A DNA stretch of 64,000 nt from Longimicrobiales bacterium (GTDB taxonomy: Bacteria > Gemmatimonadota > Gemmatimonadetes > Longimicrobiales > Gaopeijiaceae), in contig CBDDCX010000006.1 of assembly GCA_965226375.1 (NCBI GenBank), forward strand, positions 192,001 to 256,000, read 5' to 3'. The position numbers and the translations under genes are program-made. The notes under the pieces were generated by a model that was not told the DNA's origin, ran no database searches, and saw only the letters and a program-made list of their open reading frames with translations. Shown here in pieces: positions 60,550 to 64,000 of this stretch; position 1 is the stretch's first letter, and every line of letters begins with the position of its first letter.

Positions 60550-62520
60550 ATGCCTGACCTGATGGATCTGGAGTTCGTCGCGCTTCAAGAAGCGCTGGTC
60601 GGCCGCTACTCCCTGGAGAGTGAGATCGGCCGTGGTGGGATGGGCATCGTCTACCTGGCGCACGAGGTTGCGCTCGACCGGCCGGTCGCGCTCAAGCTCC
60701 TGCCACCTGATATGGCCGTGCAGCCGGCCCTGCGGGAGCGCTTCCTACGGGAGGCCCGCACCGCGGCCAAGCTCTCCCACCCCAACGTCGTACCGATCTA
60801 TTCGGTGGACGAGGTCGACGACTTCGTCTTCTTTGTCATGGCGTATATCGACGGGGGGACGTTGGGTGAGAGGATTCGGGGTCGTGGCCCCATGCCGAGC
60901 CATCAGGCGGTCACCGTGCTGCGAGAGGTGGCGTGGGCGCTGGCATATGCGCACGCGGAAGGTGTGGTGTATCGGGACGTGAAGCCGGACAACATCCTAC
61001 TCGGGAAGGGCAGTGGCCGGGCGCTCGTCACAGACTTCGGCATCGCACAAGTCGGCCAGGAGCCGGGCACGACACACGATGGGGGAATACTCGGTACGGC
61101 GGAGTTCATCAGCCCGGAGCAGGCGAGCGGCGAAGACGTGGATGCCCGGAGTGATCTGTACTCACTAGGGATCGTGGGCTTCTACGCCCTCACCGGCCGT
61201 TTTCCGTTCGAGGACTCCGACGCCACGGCTTTGCTCACGAAGCACATGACGGAGCCCGCACCTCCGGTCGCCTCGGTAGCGCAGGAGGTGCCGACCGAGG
61301 TGGCGCGGGCCATCGACCGGTGTCTGCGGAAGCGCCCCGAAGATCGCTTCGCCGACGGTGCGATGCTCGCAGAGGCGATCGGCGAGGGCACCGAGGCGGA
61401 GCGCCAGCTACCCATCCCGGTACGGGTCTTCATGAAGCAGATCCGTGAGCTGGTTACCGGAGTGCCTTTGATTCTCATCATGTGGATGTCGGCACCCCTA
61501 GCCTGGATGTCACTCGTCCTAGGCGTCGTAGGCGGCCTGTTCTCTGCGGCCTGGGGGATCGGGGCGGGCGTGGCGTTCGCCCTGGTTTTGCTCGGCATCA
61601 CGTTCGGCCCCATAGGCGCGTTCGTGGCCCACACTCGCAGGCTTCTCCGGGCCGGTTTCGCGATCGAGGATGTGCGCCGGGCGTTCGAGCGGGACGTCGC
61701 CCGGCGTAACGAGGAGATCCGCTTCGAGTATGGCAAGGAGATCACCTGGATCGACCGAGGCCTCACGCCCCTCGCCTGGACCGGGGTCGGGTTGACCGTG
61801 GCTTCCGTCGCCGCTCTTGCCCTGGGTGCGCCGCAGTCTCTCGACCTGATCCCGGTCGTCTCCATCGAGGTCGCCCTTTGGTCGAGCATCCTCAAGGCGG
61901 GACGAAACAAACGAAGGCGAGACGCCATAGGTGAGTGGTGGCTGGGTCTTCTCAAGGGTAAGGTCGGAAAGTGGCTGTTCAAGCTGGGCGGACTGGGCCT
62001 CGAGAAGCGGTTGCTCAACCGAGGCGGTGCTCACCGTCCGACCGAGATGGCCATCGGGATCGCGGCCGATCGCCTGTTCGAGGAGTTGCCCAAGGCTACG
62101 AGGCGGGAGCTCCAGCGTCTGCCCGAGATGATCCAGAAGCTCGAGGTGGATGCCCAGGAGATGCGCCGTCAGGTCGACGAGCTGAACGGCGTCCTTGCCG
62201 AGATCGGTGATGACCCGGTGCGGGTGGGTACCGAGGAGCGTGCCAGCCTGCGTGCCGACCTGGAGGCGACGCGCGACCTGGCCCAGAGTCGCATGACCGA
62301 GGCCGTTTCCGCCCTCGAGAAGATCCGCCTCGGTCTGCTGCGATTACACGGCGGGGCCGGTAGCGTCGAGAGCCTTACGATGGACCTCAGTTCCGCGCAG
62401 GAGCTGTCCGATGACATCGACCACCTGCTGGCGGGTAAACGTGAGGTGGATGAACTGCTGGGGATCGCGCGGTCCACCCGTCGGTCTCCCCGGGAGCTGC
62501 TGACGCCGCAGCCGGCTTGA
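60550..62520 (+). CDS. Membrane Ser/Thr protein kinase with C-terminal TM and coiled-coil region
   Basis: IGRGGMG, VALK, YRDVKPDN, DFG, GTAEFISPEQ. Confidence 0.9.
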   Translation: MPDLMDLEFVALQEALVGRYSLESEIGRGGMGIVYLAHEVALDRPVALKLLPPDMAVQPALRERFLREARTAAKLSHPNVVPIYSVDEVDDFVFFVMAYIDGGTLGERIRGRGPMPSHQAVTVLREVAWALAYAHAEGVVYRDVKPDNILLGKGSGRALVTDFGIAQVGQEPGTTHDGGILGTAEFISPEQASGEDVDARSDLYSLGIVGFYALTGRFPFEDSDATALLTKHMTEPAPPVASVAQEVPTEVARAIDRCLRKRPEDRFADGAMLAEAIGEGTEAERQLPIPVRVFMKQIRELVTGVPLILIMWMSAPLAWMSLVLGVVGGLFSAAWGIGAGVAFALVLLGITFGPIGAFVAHTRRLLRAGFAIEDVRRAFERDVARRNEEIRFEYGKEITWIDRGLTPLAWTGVGLTVASVAALALGAPQSLDLIPVVSIEVALWSSILKAGRNKRRRDAIGEWWLGLLKGKVGKWLFKLGGLGLEKRLLNRGGAHRPTEMAIGIAADRLFEELPKATRRELQRLPEMIQKLEVDAQEMRRQVDELNGVLAEIGDDPVRVGTEERASLRADLEATRDLAQSRMTEAVSALEKIRLGLLRLHGGAGSVESLTMDLSSAQELSDDIDHLLAGKREVDELLGIARSTRRSPRELLTPQPA

Positions 62521-62615
62521 TTGGCGCGTCGCCAGGCCATCGTGTTGCATTATATCATCCCATATCATACTGTACGGTATAATACTTCACAGTACAATCT
62601 TCGGAGACGCATCCG

Positions 62616-62996
62616 GTGGAAGACAAGCATCGACACGACGAGGGCCGGCTCGAAGACGACCTCCCGCTGAAGCCTCAGTGGTTCCATATCCTCCTCGCCC
62701 TGTCCGAGCAGGAACAGCACGGCTCGGGCATTGTGCGTGCCGTGTTAGAGCAGACCGACGACAAGCTGCGTCTATGGCCCGCCACGCTGTACGGGTCGTT
62801 AGAGGATCTGGAAGCCAAGGATTGGATCGCCGAGCTGACCGAACCCGCTGATCGCCCTGAGGGCGAGAGCGAGCGAAAGCGGATCTACCGCATCACGCCG
62901 TCGGGAGCCCGCGTTCTGGCCGCCGAAGCGAACCGACTCCAGTCTCTCGCCAGTGCGGCGTTGGCGAGGGTGGCAGCGGGCAAGGCGGCCGGATGA
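62616..62996 (+). CDS. PadR-family regulator
   Basis: FHILLAL, HGSGI, LWPATLYGSL, RKRIYRIT; AT-rich TACTGT/ACAGTA repeats upstream. Confidence 0.88.
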   Translation: MEDKHRHDEGRLEDDLPLKPQWFHILLALSEQEQHGSGIVRAVLEQTDDKLRLWPATLYGSLEDLEAKDWIAELTEPADRPEGESERKRIYRITPSGARVLAAEANRLQSLASAALARVAAGKAAG

Positions 62997-64000
62997 TGGA
63001 TCGGTTGGGCCGCCCGGCCTACCGGCTCTTGCTGCGACTCCTGCCGCCCGACTTCCGGGCCAAGCACGGGGCCGAGATGGAGGAGCTGTTCGCGGCAGCT
63101 CTTGGGCTCCATCGGCTGCGCGGGATGCCGTTGTGGATTCTCGGTTGGGTTCGTGGTGTCGCGGATATAGTGGAGTTGGCGATTCGGCTTCGGTCGAGAT
63201 GCCTGGAAGGGGAGAGAACGCTCTCAAGGGGGAATCGGATGGACGCGATGGTCCAGGATCTGCGCTTCGCGCTGCGCTCGTTATCGAAGGCCCGCGGGTT
63301 TGCGGTGGTGGGCGTGCTCACGTTGGCGCTCGGCATCGGCGCGAACACGGCAATCTTCAGCCTGATCAATGGGGTCCTGCTGCGCGCGCCGGAGCACATC
63401 GTGAACCCGGACGAGCTCGTCACAATCTGGACGTCGGACTTCTCCGGCCCGCCCTTCGGCGCCTCGTCCTACATGGACTATGTGGACTATCGGGACCGTT
63501 CCCCCGGAATCGAAGACGCAACAGCGGTCAGCCCGGGCGTCGTGAACATGGCGGGCGAGGACGGCGTCACTCAGATCCGATTGGCCGAGTTCGTCACCGG
63601 TAACTACTTCGACGTGCTCGGCGTGAGGCCTCGCCTCGGCCGATGGTTCACCGAAGACGAGGGGGACCCCACATCAGCGGCATCCGTTGCGGTGATCAGC
63701 GAGGGGCTCTGGGAGCGCGAGTTCGGTCTGGACCCCCGTGTGTTGGGTCGGACCGCCCGACTGTCTGGACAAACCGTCACGATCGTCGGTGTCGCTCCGG
63801 CCGGTTTCATGGGATCTCTTCCGCTCGTGACCCCAGACTTCTGGATTCCCTCGTCCACGCAGGCGCTGATTCAGGGCGACCAGCAGTTCCAGCGTAGGGG
63901 GTTCCGCGGGGTTCTGATTCGCGCCCGCCTGCGTGAGGGCGTCAGCATCGAAGCGGCTCAGGCCCAACTCGACGTCGTGGCGTCGCAGCTCTTCGAAGAG
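62993..64000 (+). CDS. ADOP-type ABC permease, runs off window edge
   Basis: ATGA overlap with padR; YRLLLRLLPPDFR, QDLRFALRSL, LTLALGIGANTAIFS. Confidence 0.88.
   Translation, partial: MMDRLGRPAYRLLLRLLPPDFRAKHGAEMEELFAAALGLHRLRGMPLWILGWVRGVADIVELAIRLRSRCLEGERTLSRGNRMDAMVQDLRFALRSLSKARGFAVVGVLTLALGIGANTAIFSLINGVLLRAPEHIVNPDELVTIWTSDFSGPPFGASSYMDYVDYRDRSPGIEDATAVSPGVVNMAGEDGVTQIRLAEFVTGNYFDVLGVRPRLGRWFTEDEGDPTSAASVAVISEGLWEREFGLDPRVLGRTARLSGQTVTIVGVAPAGFMGSLPLVTPDFWIPSSTQALIQGDQQFQRRGFRGVLIRARLREGVSIEAAQAQLDVVASQLFEE

Noticed and set aside
60961..60995. YRD instead of HRD as a sign of a pseudokinase
   Set aside because: YRD occurs in active kinases, and the Lys, Asp, Asn and DFG residues are intact.
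1..64000. tRNA or rRNA genes, riboswitches
   Set aside because: None recognisable by eye; tRNAscan-SE and Rfam searches would be needed to exclude them.

Overview
GC-rich bacterial chromosome segment. The gene content (PadR plus ADOP-type permeases, eukaryote-like Ser/Thr kinases, SusD, many secreted S9/M28 peptidases, PQQ and LVIVD propellers) suggests Gemmatimonadota; this is an inference. Left third (1-25 kb): a secreted-enzyme cluster with four His-rich LVIVD/choice-of-anchor-B-like propeller paralogs, three S9 peptidases (two lack the canonical Asp/His of the triad), a FixLJ-like two-component pair and a PIN toxin-antitoxin pair. Middle (25-33 kb): a housekeeping block (rhomboid, EF-G paralog, yebC-ruvCAB-queA). 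Directly after queA lies the most interesting element, an integron-like locus (34.5-41.2 kb). It has a truncated, divergently oriented tyrosine recombinase with no visible IntI signature, followed by same-strand cargo genes (Fic/HTH 'mobile mystery' pair, class III nucleotide cyclase, cysteine hydrolase). The cargo is separated by four ~155-bp TAAC...GTTA folded repeats that resemble attC sites but have a non-canonical branched structure. Right part: PQQ dehydrogenase, heavy-metal RND efflux operon preceded by a RAPP-ending ORF tail, GHKL ATPase pseudogene, FGE-sulfatase lipoprotein with a G20 tract, and PadR/permease pairs. There are two IS256 copies that encode identical transposases, each with its own 8-bp target duplication, and one IS3-family element. 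Many deletion junctions and frameshifts point to ongoing decay or to assembly errors. All calls come from reading motifs by eye; no database searches were run.
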